DNA of 64,000 nucleotides, taken from Podarcis bocagei (lineage: Eukaryota). The stretch's first letter is position 1. Each line of letters begins with the position of its first letter. Below are positions 49,400 through 60,810 of this stretch, piece after piece. A model generated the notes under the pieces. It worked only from the letters and a program-made list of their open reading frames with translations, made no database searches and was not told the origin of the DNA. The position numbers and the translations under genes were made by a program. Location of the stretch: NCBI GenBank assembly GCA_964188305.1, contig OZ076885.1. The stretch is one strand, 5' to 3'.

Positions 49400-50070
49400 C
49401 TCTAAATATTGTCATCCAATGGGATGGGAACCACCATGAATCAGTGCCACCTACTCCCAATTCAGACAGACTCTGAAGAAGAATACCATGGTTGAAGGTA
49501 TCAAAAGCCACTGAGAGATCAAGGAGGGACACTCTGACTGTCTCTCTTCCAGCAGAGGTCATTGAACAGATGAGCAAGGCAGCTTCCATTCCAAAACCAG
49601 TCTAAATCCCAATCGAAATGAATCTAGAAAATTGGTTGCACCCAAGAGAGCCTGGATATGGCCCCACAACCGTGCACTCAAGAAGGGAACATTACCAACT
49701 CAACAAATCATGTTGGTTTTCTGAATCCTGGAGGGATTCCCATAATCCAGGCCGGCGGGGACCACTCCCTCTTACTTGAAAGCATTAATAACCTCTCTGG
49801 CTATCCCTTCCTTGGTCAACCATAATGGAGAAGAGATAAGAGCTCAAATGATTGCCTATACTGGGCCAAAACCTAGGCCATTTCCTCAAGCTTTACTAAT
49901 GGAAACTCATCCAACACAACAGGGCTAGACAGTGCTCTGGACTACAGTGCTCCGACTTCAGATTTTAACCTGAATGTGAGAATAATTTTGGGGTTTATAA
50001 ACCTCACTTCTTTCAACTAAGCTGGATGAGGCTCTTATGTTCCTAGCCAAGCTTGAGCTCAGCAGCTTCG
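49400..50070 (-). mobile_element. L2 RT-region fragment, degenerate
   Basis: LLDLSVAFDTFNHGILLQSLSELGVGGT resembles the L2 LLDLSAAFDTVDH motif. Confidence 0.75.
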
Positions 50071-51596
50071 CTGGCATTTCTAATGAACAGTATTTATTGT
50101 TCCAACCAACACAGTCATTAGAATAGCCTGAAGTATGTATAAAGTCTCCCCAGGATCTCCCCTTAAGGAAACGTCAAGACGCAGCAACTGTGTTTGTTAA
50201 ATGGGGACCAGTGCAACAGTCACTTTTAGCAGCATTTAAATGCACATTTTCATATATTTTTATCTTTTAATCTACCATATTTTATTGCAGTGAAATTTGT
50301 TTTTATCGAAGCTGTAGCACATAGTGAGCCCTTAGGGGATGGGCAAAATGATAAATCTAACTGCATAAAATGAACAAATTATAAGGGAAACTAGGTAGGT
50401 AAAAACAAGTTAAATGGACTGTGCTTGATGCGTTGGCCACCTCTGAAATTGAAACAAGAAGGCCCATTGATTATTAACGAGAATACATAGCTGAATATAG
50501 TTCAAATATGAAAAGAGTCCCCATTCCCCAGACCCTAGCAGCAGCCTAAAATGAGGAAACTAAGCTATCCCTTTATGTGTTGTTTTTTTCTGTATAGCCT
50601 TTCAAACAAATGTACAGCCATGCGACCAACTGGATGCCAGATATTGTCTGTTAAGTAATGTAAAATAAGTTTAGTTAAACAGAAAGTATGGCACATTCCA
50701 CCATGTTGTTCCAGTTAGCCTCACTTCCTGTTCCCATCTTTCAGATTTACAGGTTTTTCCAGAACTACAAATCAAGCTCCTTTCCTGTTAAGAAAATCAA
50801 ATTATATAGATCAGGGGATTTCTTCTTCTTCTTCTAGCAAGCAGGTTAGAAGTAATATCACACCATTTTAATATAGTCATAGTCAGTTTATTCCTACCCC
50901 ACATTTTCCCCAAATATGTTTATGCGCAAAGAAAATTAACAGCTTGTTATACTAATGCGTGCCCTTGATGCATAATAAAAGTTCCCATATGACTGCACAA
51001 TAATAACATTGCAGTAACAAAACACTAAGAACTCAGCAATTAACAGATCATTTAAAACACACCAAAAAGTGAGCATGATACTTACCAATAGGTACGTTAA
51101 GAAATTTCAGTGCATTCACATCCCAGAGTAGCTCCAAGACTGTGACCTTAATGCCTAACAAGAACCCCCCCCCAAATCCCCCACTTTTGATATTTAGACC
51201 AGAACTAGAAAAATAGATACAGCCTATGTATCCAGCAAGTATCTAGTGTGACCCTTAATCTTGCTCTCTATTCCCTTCCCCCAGTTATGGACATCTGTTC
51301 TTCCTTAGAGCATATACACTTCAGATACCTGTAGAGTGGCAACATGCTTGATAAGCTACGAGTAGTGACCCTCTCATGGGAACAACCCTCCCTTCCTGGC
51401 AAGCTTTATGATGTTAGGAAGGGGATTAACATGGATAACAGTGTCGATAGTCTTGTCAACCCACAGGACTGAAGTGCAAAGTGAGTCTAGCCAAATTTTC
51501 CAGGCACAACTGAGCAGAAAATGGACTGATGCAACCTTCAGCTGCAACCCAAAAGTTCATTAATATATTGCTTTTCTCCACTTAGGCTCCAAGGAC

Positions 51597-51779
51597 CATA
51601 GGAGCCCACTCCTAGGGGCCGTGGGGGCTTCGCCCTCCGCAATACAATATTTGAGGGGGCGGGACCCCCACAAAGTTGATGGACATTCCCATTCAAATAG
51701 TGTGTGCATCATGTGATCGATTATGCAGGGCAGGGTTTACCTGGGCCACCACAATAGTTTATTCAAGTTGGCACCCCTG
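51597..51779. repeat. Unclassified interspersed repeat, second copy at ~36535-36730
   Basis: Both copies share TAGGAGCC..AATATTTGAGG..CCATTCAAAT..TTTTATTCAA(G/A)TTGGCACCCCTG. Confidence 0.65.
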
Positions 51780-51869
51780 ATGAGGACACTTCACAGAGTT
51801 TGGTTGACAAAGACAGTATGGGACAAGGGGCTTCCTCAGCAAACATCTTTGCAACAACTACACAGCCAT

Positions 51870-52228
51870 AGGTAAGAAAGGTAAAGGACCCCCGGACAGT
51901 TAAGTCCAGTCAAAGGCAACTATGGGGTGCAGTGCTCATTTTGCTTTTCAGGTTGAGGGAGCCAGCCTTTGTCCACAGACAGCTTTCCGGGTCATGTGGC
52001 CAGCATGACTAAACTGCTTCTATGCACAGAAACGCTGTTTACCTTCCCTCCACAGCAGTACCTATTTATCTACTTGCACTGGCGTGCATTCTAACTGCTA
52101 GGTTGGCAGGAGCTGGGACAGAGCAACAGGAGATCACCCCATTGTGCGGATTCAAACCTCTGACTTTTTGACAAGCAAGCTCAAGAGGTTCAGTGGTTTA
52201 GACCAGTGGTTTAGACCACCCGCTCCCC
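51870..52228 (-). mobile_element. Sauria SINE
   Basis: Same core and tail, with an internal deletion and a short duplication near the head. Confidence 0.9.
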
Positions 52229-52802
52229 ATAATCGCACAACCATGTGAGAAATAGTCACATGAACTTCTTCTATTTTATTTTTTTTAATCTTTAGGATAA
52301 TGATAAATAGTTATACAATGCCAATATTGTGTGGGTGGACAAATAGATACATCTGAAGAAGCAGAAATTAATCTATGGAGACTTGTACCATAATAAGTTG
52401 GTTAACCTTTAAGATGTCACAAGTTCCTTTGTTGATGTGTGTGGGTTTGTGTGAACTTCTAATGGTGACTTTGTGCTCAGTAATGATTGTATGAAGCCAT
52501 CCTGAATTCCTGTAGTTTATATCAGTTGGGTAGTTCAGACCCACACATCCTTGGCAACACACACACACACACCAATACACACAATGTAAGAATGAGGGAG
52601 GGAGGTCCAAGAGCCTTCATTCCAGTCCTTTCCTTTCCCCCTTTTTTTTTTTTTTGGCACATTTTCTCACCAGGAAGGGACACACTCCTTTCTGCTGACC
52701 AGACACTGGCAGAAAGGAGGAACCACTGTCCCATCTCCTTATAAATACAGATACATACAGAAGGATGAATCTTGGGCAGGCTAGTCAACTTCCATAGCAG
52801 CT

Positions 52803-52996
52803 AGGAATATATGAAGCTGCCTTATAATGAGCCACACTCTTGATCCATCTAGCTTGTTATTGACTACACAGCTTGGCAGTGGTTCTGCAGGTTTTCAGAC
52901 CGGGGTCTTTTCACAGACCTACCTGGAGATGCCAGGGAACGAAACTGACACCTTCTGCTTGCAAAGCAGATGTTCTATCACTGAGTTGCAGCCCTT
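52803..52996 (-). mobile_element. tRNA(Ala-like)-derived SINE (Squam2-like)
   Basis: Reverse-complement similarity to the 15105 copy. Confidence 0.75.
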
Positions 52997-53625
52997 TCAA
53001 TAGAGTTTTACTGTATGTATCTGATGAGGAAATAGGTTTTCACTGTCAGGAAGGGAGGGTGTACCAAAAGACCTTTCTTTAAGGGCCCACAAAAAATAAA
53101 GCCAGGTCTGTGTCACTGACTTACAAAAAGCTCTTCAATATTCAATATGGGGTTTACAAAGCATTCCTTCAAATGGGGGTCTATGATATGTATGGAGGGT
53201 GGGGCTGCTTTTCTGCACTCATTAAACAGACATGCCAATAGCCCAGGGCTTCTGCAGTCGGTCTCTTGCTCCAGACCTCTTTTGCAGCAATAAAGAATAA
53301 TAATGATGAACATGCTTTGGAATTTGCTTTTTTTTCTTTCCCCAAAACAAATATTGAAGTTTCGACAGATCATCATGGGGCCTGATGAGACATTAAAGTG
53401 CCACCTGAACCAGATTTCAATTTCTTTTTAAAGCAAAGAATTATTTCTTTTCCACATCCCACTATATAACTCAAATGAAATCAGAAAGGCCATTTCTAAT
53501 TACCTTCAGACACAATTCAGATGAACAGGATTGCTGATGCATCTGCCATTTTCCAGCTAAAGAGAGGGTAGGTAGCTTTTGGTGCAGAATCATGCTAGCA
53601 CCAGATACCATTTTGTGTTGATGAT

Positions 53626-53628
<3 letters not shown>

Positions 53629-53690
<62 letters not shown>
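53629..53690. repeat. (TA)n microsatellite; further tracts at 55174-55216 and 55575-55612
   Basis: Seen directly. Confidence 0.97.
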
Positions 53691-53693
<3 letters not shown>

Positions 53694-53740
53694 GGTTTTG
53701 GTGTTTTCGGGTATCTTCCCGTGTAAGAGTTGGGGTGTCT

Positions 53741-53782
53741 AGGCGACGTTTCGACGAGGTCTCACTCGTCATCTTCAGGCTG
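53741..53782 (-). ncRNA. Minimal hammerhead-ribozyme-like motif in the PLE pseudo-LTR
   Basis: Minus strand reads CTGAAGA-T-GACGAG-TGAGAC-CTCGTC-GAAA-CG-TC. This has both conserved core boxes, a perfect 6-bp stem II, a palindromic ACGT stem III and a GUC cleavage triplet. Stem I is only ~2 bp. Confidence 0.65.
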
Positions 53783-55129
53783 GTGCTTTCGGCTTCTTGT
53801 TACTAGAACAGAGCAGGATCTCAGTGTTTGAGTTCCTATAAATACTGTTGAGGGGGTGTGGTGTATAGCCTCCAACGTTCTGGGCAGAGAGGAAGTTCCC
53901 AGGTTATTGTGCCTTTTCTTCTTTTGTTCATTAATTACTTGAGGGATATCTTGAGTGATTTCTTGAGTGATATTCTGAGTACCACTTAGGAGGGTCATTA
54001 GGTGTGGATTAGTTGCTAAAGCTTTCGTGTCTTGACCTCTTGAGCTTGTGAAGAGTTTTTCTGAGTTTTTCTGAGAAGAGTTTTTCTGAGAAGATGGCTG
54101 TACTGCACTTAGTTGTGCTCTGGCTTGGCTTCGTGTATAGGGGCGAGCTGTGGTTTTGTGCCCTGTGCCAGCCAGATCTGTGTAGGGATTGCAGGGGGGT
54201 GCAGCATCCGGAGGTGCCACTATGGTTTGGCTACTGGATGGTATCTGTAATTTATCTGTGGAGAGGGTCTGGGTTTGGGTCTGGTGTGGTTGATTGGAGA
54301 TGGCGTTCTGTGTGCCTCTGGTTCTGGTGTCGGTTTTTGTGGGGAGGGCTAATTTCCAGATGTCTGGCAGGCGGGACGTGTCGTCACGCTTGTTCATGTT
54401 GTGAGGGTGTTTCTCTATCTCGATGGCTTCCATGATTATTCTCTTGTGGTGATGTTCCATGTTAAAGAGCAATTTGGAATCTGCAAAATTAATTTCGTGT
54501 CCTGTTTCTTTCATGTGTTGGTAAAGAGAGGAAGTTTTTTCTTCTTTTTTGACGGCATTCTTGTGTTCTGCGATACGTGCATTTATTCGTCTGTTTGTTT
54601 GTCCAATGTACGTGGCTGGGCAGACTTTGCAGGGTATTTCATAGACCCCTTGGTTTTCTAACTGGATTTTATCTTTTGGGTTTCTGAGGATATTGGCTAT
54701 TTTTTGGTTGGTGCAAAAGGCTGTTTTGATATTGTGTTTATGGAGGATTTTGCTAATTTTATCTGTGGTGCCCTTGATATAAGGAAGGAGGGCCATGCCA
54801 TTGTTTTCTTCTGTGTCTTGGTTTTTGGGGGGTGTTTCTTTTTGGATTAGCTTCGTAACCCTGTTTTGCTGGTATCCGTTGGCGATTAACACATTTGAGA
54901 GATTCTGTAACTCAGTTGTCAAGTGGTCTTCGTCAGCCAGGCGTTTGGTTCTGGAGATGAGAGTCTTGGCTACGGAGTTTATTTGTGCAGGGTGGTGGTG
55001 TGATTGTGCATGTAAGTAGCGGTTGGTGTGTGTTTTTTTCCGGTAGATAGTGTGTCCTAGGGAGCCATCAGGTTTTTTGTAGATTAGGACGTCAAGGAAG
55101 GGAAGTTGGTTGTTGGCTTCTATTTCCAT
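53762..55129 (-). pseudogene. Truncated PLE ORF: RT C-terminal/thumb region + GIY-YIG endonuclease + low-complexity extension (455 codons open)
   Basis: (KIQFT)ME..NQLPFLDV, YRKKTHTNRYL, SHHH, LPYIKG, GVYEIPCKVCPATYIGQT, RIAEH, MEAIEI, NMN. The RT catalytic core lies beyond the truncation point, so this copy cannot be autonomous. Confidence 0.9.
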
Positions 55130-55169
55130 AGTGAATTGTATTTTCCCGTCCCGTGAAAATCTACGAAAG

Positions 55170-55216
<47 letters not shown>

Positions 55217-55218
<2 letters not shown>

Positions 55219-55572
55219 GGTAAAGGTACCCCTGCCCGTACGGGCCAGTCTTGACAGACTCTGGGGTTGTGCGCCCATCTCACTCAAGAGGCCGGGGGCC
55301 AGCGCTGTCAGGAGACACTTCTGGGTCATGTGGCCAGCATGACAAAGCTGCATCTGGCGAGCCAGCGGAGCACACAGAAACGCCGTTTACCTTCCCGCCA
55401 GTAAGCGGTCCCTATTTATCTACTTGCACCCGGGGGTGCTTTCGAACTGCTAGGTTGGCAGGCACTGGGACCGAGCAGTGGGAGCGCACCCCGCAGCGGG
55501 GATTCGAACCGCCGACCTTTCGATCGGCAAGCCCTAGGCGCTGAGGCTTTTACCCACAGTGCCACCCGCGTC

Positions 55573-55574
<2 letters not shown>
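55217..55574 (-). mobile_element. Sauria SINE, CpG-rich (young), flanked on both sides by (TA)n
   Basis: Full head GGGACGCGGGTGGC, B box GGTTCGAATCC, tail TACCTTTACC. Confidence 0.93.
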
Positions 55575-55614
<40 letters not shown>

Positions 55615-56049
55615 CCATAAATTCTGCTAGCCACAATGACTATGCTGTGCCTCCATAACCAGTGGCAGAAATTCTTTTGAATGCTGGTTGCTGAAAACTG
55701 CAGCAGGGGAGAATGCTTCTGTGCTCGAATCCTGCTTGTGGGTTTCCCATAGACATCTGCTTGACCACCAGAGGCTGCAGCTTGTGATAGTGATGTGGGG
55801 AGCAACACTGCATATGTGATGTCAGGATATTGGGAGCAGTTGGGGGCACAGCCAAACGTGGTGGCTGCCTGGCTTCAATGGTCAATGGCTCCTCCACTTT
55901 CTCCTCCTGGTGCCTCCCCAAGTGGGAAGCTGCTTCCACCCTCCTCTTCCTCTGCAGTGACAGCAGGAAGAGGAGCAGGCCACTGGAGCTGCGCTATGCT
56001 CAGATCCGTGCTTAGCCTCCTCCACTCCTCAATATAGAGGCCCCCCAGA

Positions 56050-57288
56050 TGTTAGGATATTTCCGTTCCACCTTAAAAGTGAGCAGGCTTTGAGAGTCAC
56101 AGAGTCTGCGTATTTCCTGTTCACAGGATGTTTATGTTTTCTGTTGCTTTCGTTTCTCTCTCTCTCGATGCCTGAACGCTGAAGCAGGCGGTCATGTTTT
56201 TTCTCTGTTCTGACTAACGCAGAATAAACTTATAACTAATGCTCTCCTGCGTGCATCTTTCGCTGTGCATTGCGTGGACAGGCGGAGTCCCCAGATCCCG
56301 CGCGGTCCCCCCGTCATGTGGAATAACGACTCATGACAACGTGCTATGGGATTAAATTGGCCACAACTTTATTAAATTTCAAATGTGGGTAGACCTTGGC
56401 TCAGGCATTGGGCGATCTCCCTCCCCAGTCCCCAGCTGGGGACCTAGGGAGCATCAGGGTTATCCAGTGTGTGGGGGGGGGGATGGGCCAGCTCTGGAGA
56501 ACTTATGTTCAAGCAGAGATAGCTGCCCCCGTTACGCCGCTGCCACAGGGGAGAGCAATGACGACCTTTCGGCGTACGGTCAAAGTCTCCCTTCAGAAAC
56601 CCCTTTAACGGGGGACCCTGGTATCGCCGCCGCAAAGAGGAAGATGGACTAAAGGATTCCGCCCAAGGCCTGATACCTCCAAAGTTGTGACGTTTTGCTA
56701 CGGGAAAGGCGAAACCTGCCAATGCAGGGAAATTCCTTTCCGGCCCTTTAACAGCGACCTTAACGTAGCAGCGCCCGCATACCTGTGAAGAAAAGTTAAC
56801 CTGCAAAACCTGTGAAGAAAAGTTAACCTGCAAATAAGACATTAACTGAGGGTGGGTAGGGTGGGAGAAGCTCTGGAGCCAAGTGAGGATTCCCAGGTAA
56901 GATCCTCCCTCTATTGTGTGGGCAGGTAATCCCTCCCCTACCTCGCCTGGTATCCTTGGCAACGCTTCCCCCAGGTGGGATTGGACAACTGACTGAGGTA
57001 GGCGGAGACCTCCAGGTATCCCACCTGAGGGAAGGCAAACCAAGCCTATGCTGTTGGAGCCGCTCCAGATCTAGGGGCTGTGCGCGTCCACGCAAAGGGC
57101 GCCCCCCGTTTTAAGTGGGGAGCAGTCATTATCTGCTGATAGAGCATGCATTAGTTCTGGAATGTCACAAGCTATTTCTGGAGCTCGTGTCACTAATTGC
57201 TGATACTGCGTGTCTACGGGAGATCGATGGACGTCCGGAGGCGAGGTGGGGCCATGATGGATTTTGTCTCCCTGGCAGTATCCCAACA
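56050..57288 (+). mobile_element. Solo LTR (Copia/Gypsy-like) interrupted by a nested element
   Basis: Termini TGTTAGGATA...TATCCCAACA (TG..CA, 9/10 inverted repeat), AATAAA at 56223-56228, CpG-rich. No clean TSD (CCAGA vs ACAAA). Confidence 0.6.
56271..57146 (-). mobile_element. Nested non-coding element (second solo LTR or DIRS/Ngaro-like terminal repeat)
   Basis: TG..CA ends with flanking TGCAT direct repeats (56266-56270, 57147-57151). An alternative end at 57094 is given by the inverted repeat TGCGTGGAC/GTCCACGCA. Minus-strand AATAAAGTTGTGGCC at ~56359-56373. Confidence 0.5.
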
Positions 57289-57655
57289 ACAAAGATATTG
57301 AGGAATCTCAAAACAGCTCGGTTCCCAGGAGCTGGCACCCTGTTAGCCACCGGGAGAACAGGATGCTGGACTAGAAGGGCCCCTGGCCTGACCCAGGAAG
57401 ACTTTTCTTATGTGGAGAACAGAATGTGTTACCTGGGTCTTCCATGAGGAAGGAACACATGTGGAAACTTAAGAATATAGTGAACTGAAACAATTGTGGA
57501 GATTCCTGTGACCGACACTCCATTAAAATGTGCACCTCCTGAGAGTAGGGTGGGACTGGGAAATCATTTTCAAATTAAGGGCTTCATTGCCCTTGGATGA
57601 CTTTTTAGTTGGTGGTGCCAGAGGAAAGTGGGCAGATGAATGGATATTTGCACAG

Positions 57656-58156
57656 CCTGTCTGTCTGTCTGTCTCTCTCTTTGGCGATTACTCGTAGCCG
57701 AGTAAGATTCTACAAACACAGTTTTAACAGTGAGTCTGTGATTGTGGAGGCCAGTTCTGGATCCACACATCTGTCCGTTGTGGGGACATAGGTTTCTGGG
57801 TTGGAGTTGATCATGATGAGGGTTTGCCAAGTGTGCCTTCCTCTTAGCGTGTTTCTCCCTTTCGTCCTGATTTTGAGCATCTTCAAAACCCATGACACCT
57901 TTGGTAAAGGCTGTTCTCCAACTGGAGCACTCACAGGCCAGTGTTTCCTAGTTGTCAGTGTTTATACTACTTTTTTTAGATTTGCCTTGAGAGAGTCTTT
58001 GAACCTCTTTTGTTGACCACCAGCATTATGCTTTCAATTTTTTAGTTCGGAATAGAGTCGTTGCTTTGGAAGACGATAATTAGGCATCTGCACAACATGA
58101 CCAGTCCAACGAAGTTGATCTTGAAGAATCATTGCTTTGACACTTGTGATCTTTGC
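57656..58156 (-). mobile_element. RTE-clade LINE 3' fragment
   Basis: Minus strand encodes QLRWTGHVVQMP..RLPKQ.LYSEL, GGQQKRFKDSLKANL and a C-terminal C-x2-C-like finger, with a short tandem-repeat tail. Confidence 0.85.
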
Positions 58157-60810
58157 ACAGTAGGCTACATTTGAGCCATGCAAAAGTCAGAGGTTTCTAT
58201 TCCCACCCATATATCTGCATCTTCCATTCAGGCAAGCAGGAGGTATTGGTCAGAGTTAAAGGATATCTTCCATCCAGGCAAAGTACCTGAGGAGAATACA
58301 AAACAGGGTAGCTGAAGGTCATGGTCTAATAATGACCAGATAGAGAGACCTAGGTAGCTGCATTTGACTCCTAGCTGCAAGCTGCCACCACCAAACCTAT
58401 TATTAGTAATATTTTAATTTATGCCACTTTTATGCAAAAATAGATTTAAAGCAGTTTACAGCCACAAAATCCATACAAAATTATTGTGGTGTATTTCAAC
58501 ACAACAATAATTCAATCAGAGCTTGAAATCATCCTCAATTAAAATATACAATAAAGTAAGCCAGTTAAAATGCATGGCAATTAAACAATAAAATCAGAAG
58601 TTCAAATTCAGGGGAAAGCTTGCCTAAGCAGGTGTGTCTTCAGAAGCTGGCAGAATGCCAGTACTGATGGGGCCTCTCATATTTCAGCAGGGAATTAATT
58701 CCATAAAACTGGTGCCACCAGTAGAAAAACCTGTTTCTGTATTCCTATGAGCCAATAATCATCAGGTCATGTCAAAACTAACAGTATTCCATTTGCTGAT
58801 CATAGTGCCCTACTGGACAGTGGAGGAGAAAACAGGTTGTTGTTTTTCAGGTAACCCGATCCAGGGGTATTTGAGATTTGTACGTAAGAACATTAAAACT
58901 GGCTTGGTGGCTAATACGCAGTGCATATCAGCACTGGGATGATATGTCTCTGATAAGGAGCACCATGCACCAGCCATGCTCTGGCATTCTGCACCAGAAT
59001 GTAGGGCTTTATCACATAGACATCATTTTGAGTGCAAGATGGACTTGACTCGAACGCAATCACAGAAGCAGACAGACAGCTATCATTCTAAGTTGAATGA
59101 ATCAGGGGACATAGATCTTAGGTGTTGAAATGAAGTTCTGAAGAGTTCTGTGTAAAACTTGCATACATTGATTTAATATCAAACTAGACAGCAGATCATT
59201 TGGCTTCATGCCCTACTGGTATATTACATTCAGTTTCCTCTGTGTGATCATGCCACATTGTTTGCCAATATTTAAAGAAGAGATCAGGACCAATGCCTTG
59301 GCTGCATAACATGGGTCTCCCTATGCTTGCATTGCATAAGGGATTGGATACTGGGCCTCTGGCAAATTTCCTTGAAAGAACTGCACAATGGGCTTGCAGG
59401 GTGCTGAGAGGAGCTTACTGCAGCTTACGAATGCATGAAATCTCTGCTCTCTGCATCTTACACTGCTTTGGGAAAAATAATGACCAGATGGAACATTAGC
59501 ATCTCAGTGACTACCTACCACAGCCCATTGTGATTAAATTCTTGCCAGATCCACAGGTGAGATAAATCAGCCAGGTTTTGTTGTTTGCAACAGAGCGGTA
59601 CCCATTTGTGCTAGCTGGGAATGCACCTGTTCCATTATGCTAATGGCCCCAGTCCTTTTCCCCCCACTGGGATCAAGGGAGATCCTTCACACTGGCCTGC
59701 ATGTAAACATTTTCAAAACCATCTCACGATATGTGGATGCCTCTTGCCTGAGATAATGATATAAACAGGGTTGAATTTAGCAGATGACATGCCTGCTAGC
59801 ATTAATGTGTCACATGTCACCTTCATCACCTTTAATTCAAGGGACCTTGGCAAGCTGTAAAAATAGAGATGGAAGCATCCTGAGACCGCAGGGTGACTCA
59901 GGAAGGGGTCAGATCTTTCACTATTTGCTTAGGAAGAGATACCCTTCCGTAACAGCTCTGGAAAGGAAGTGATGATATTGGCAGGTCAGCGTAGGTCCAG
60001 CTTGCTCCGGACAGCTGGGGGATCAGAGGTTAGACGCATGCTATCTTTTGCTATGCAGCATGCAAGAAAAACACAGAATTTTATGGGAATGGTCTACAGC
60101 GGTGATTAGTCAAGTGGGGCCTTTTGCAATACAGATGATGTCTGGGTCCGTCTGAGTTTACTTTAGGTTTTAGATAAGGAAAGACCATGAATCTTTCTTT
60201 AACAATCCCTTGAGAAACCAGACACCTGGTTTTGCAGCAAAAAAACAAGGCTGCAAAAACTGTAGAAAACAATCTTGCTAGAATGAACAGATTCATGTTT
60301 TAAGGCTTTTTATTTTCCTGTTCCCATACAGGACAGAATGCATTTTAATATTAATTTGCAAGGAGGAGAAATTAGTATGTTACCAACAAGTCCTGAAATG
60401 TGGACACACCTCAGGAAATGCCCAGAGAAATATTGAATGTAGCATTTTCTTTGGGCATCTGTTCCTGATGCAACAGCTGAAAAATAGTACACTTCTGGAT
60501 TGGTTGAAGCAAAGAGATCGTAACGTGTCTGCTTTAGAAATGTCTAACCAAATATTGACCTTTATCATTGCAGCCATTTTCTCTTCTGACTTTGCATGGA
60601 TTTTTGGTCAGATGTGTTGCACTTTGCTTCCAGATTTGAGGTGGGTCTGAGGTACAGGCTGTAGCTAAATGGTAGAGAATTTGCTTTGCGTGAAAAGGGC
60701 CCTAGCTTCAATACTAGGCATCTCCAGGTTCATGGGTACTTGATTCTGATCAAAGTAAGCTTCCTAGAGCATAATATACACAGGAGGCTTATTTTTGTCA
60801 GAATTGAGTA

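Larger units (their letters stand above)
53691..55173 (-). mobile_element. 5'-truncated Penelope-like element (Penelope/Poseidon type) inserted in a (TA)n tract
   Basis: Encodes the RT C-terminus and a GIY-YIG endonuclease. The 3' pseudo-LTR has the CTGAAGATG...CGAAACGTC motif. (TA)n lies on both sides (53629-53690, 55174-55216). Confidence 0.93.

Noticed and set aside
53700-53775. UGA followed by a hairpin as a possible selenocysteine/SECIS signal in the PLE
   Set aside because: The frame does stay open past the UGA, but the hairpin lacks SECIS geometry (long stem, apical AA, tandem GA quartet) and fits a hammerhead better.
56444-57043. 199-aa minus-strand ORF in the nested element
   Set aside because: Non-ATG start, no gag/RT/YR motif, and it includes the 27-bp duplication; likely incidental.
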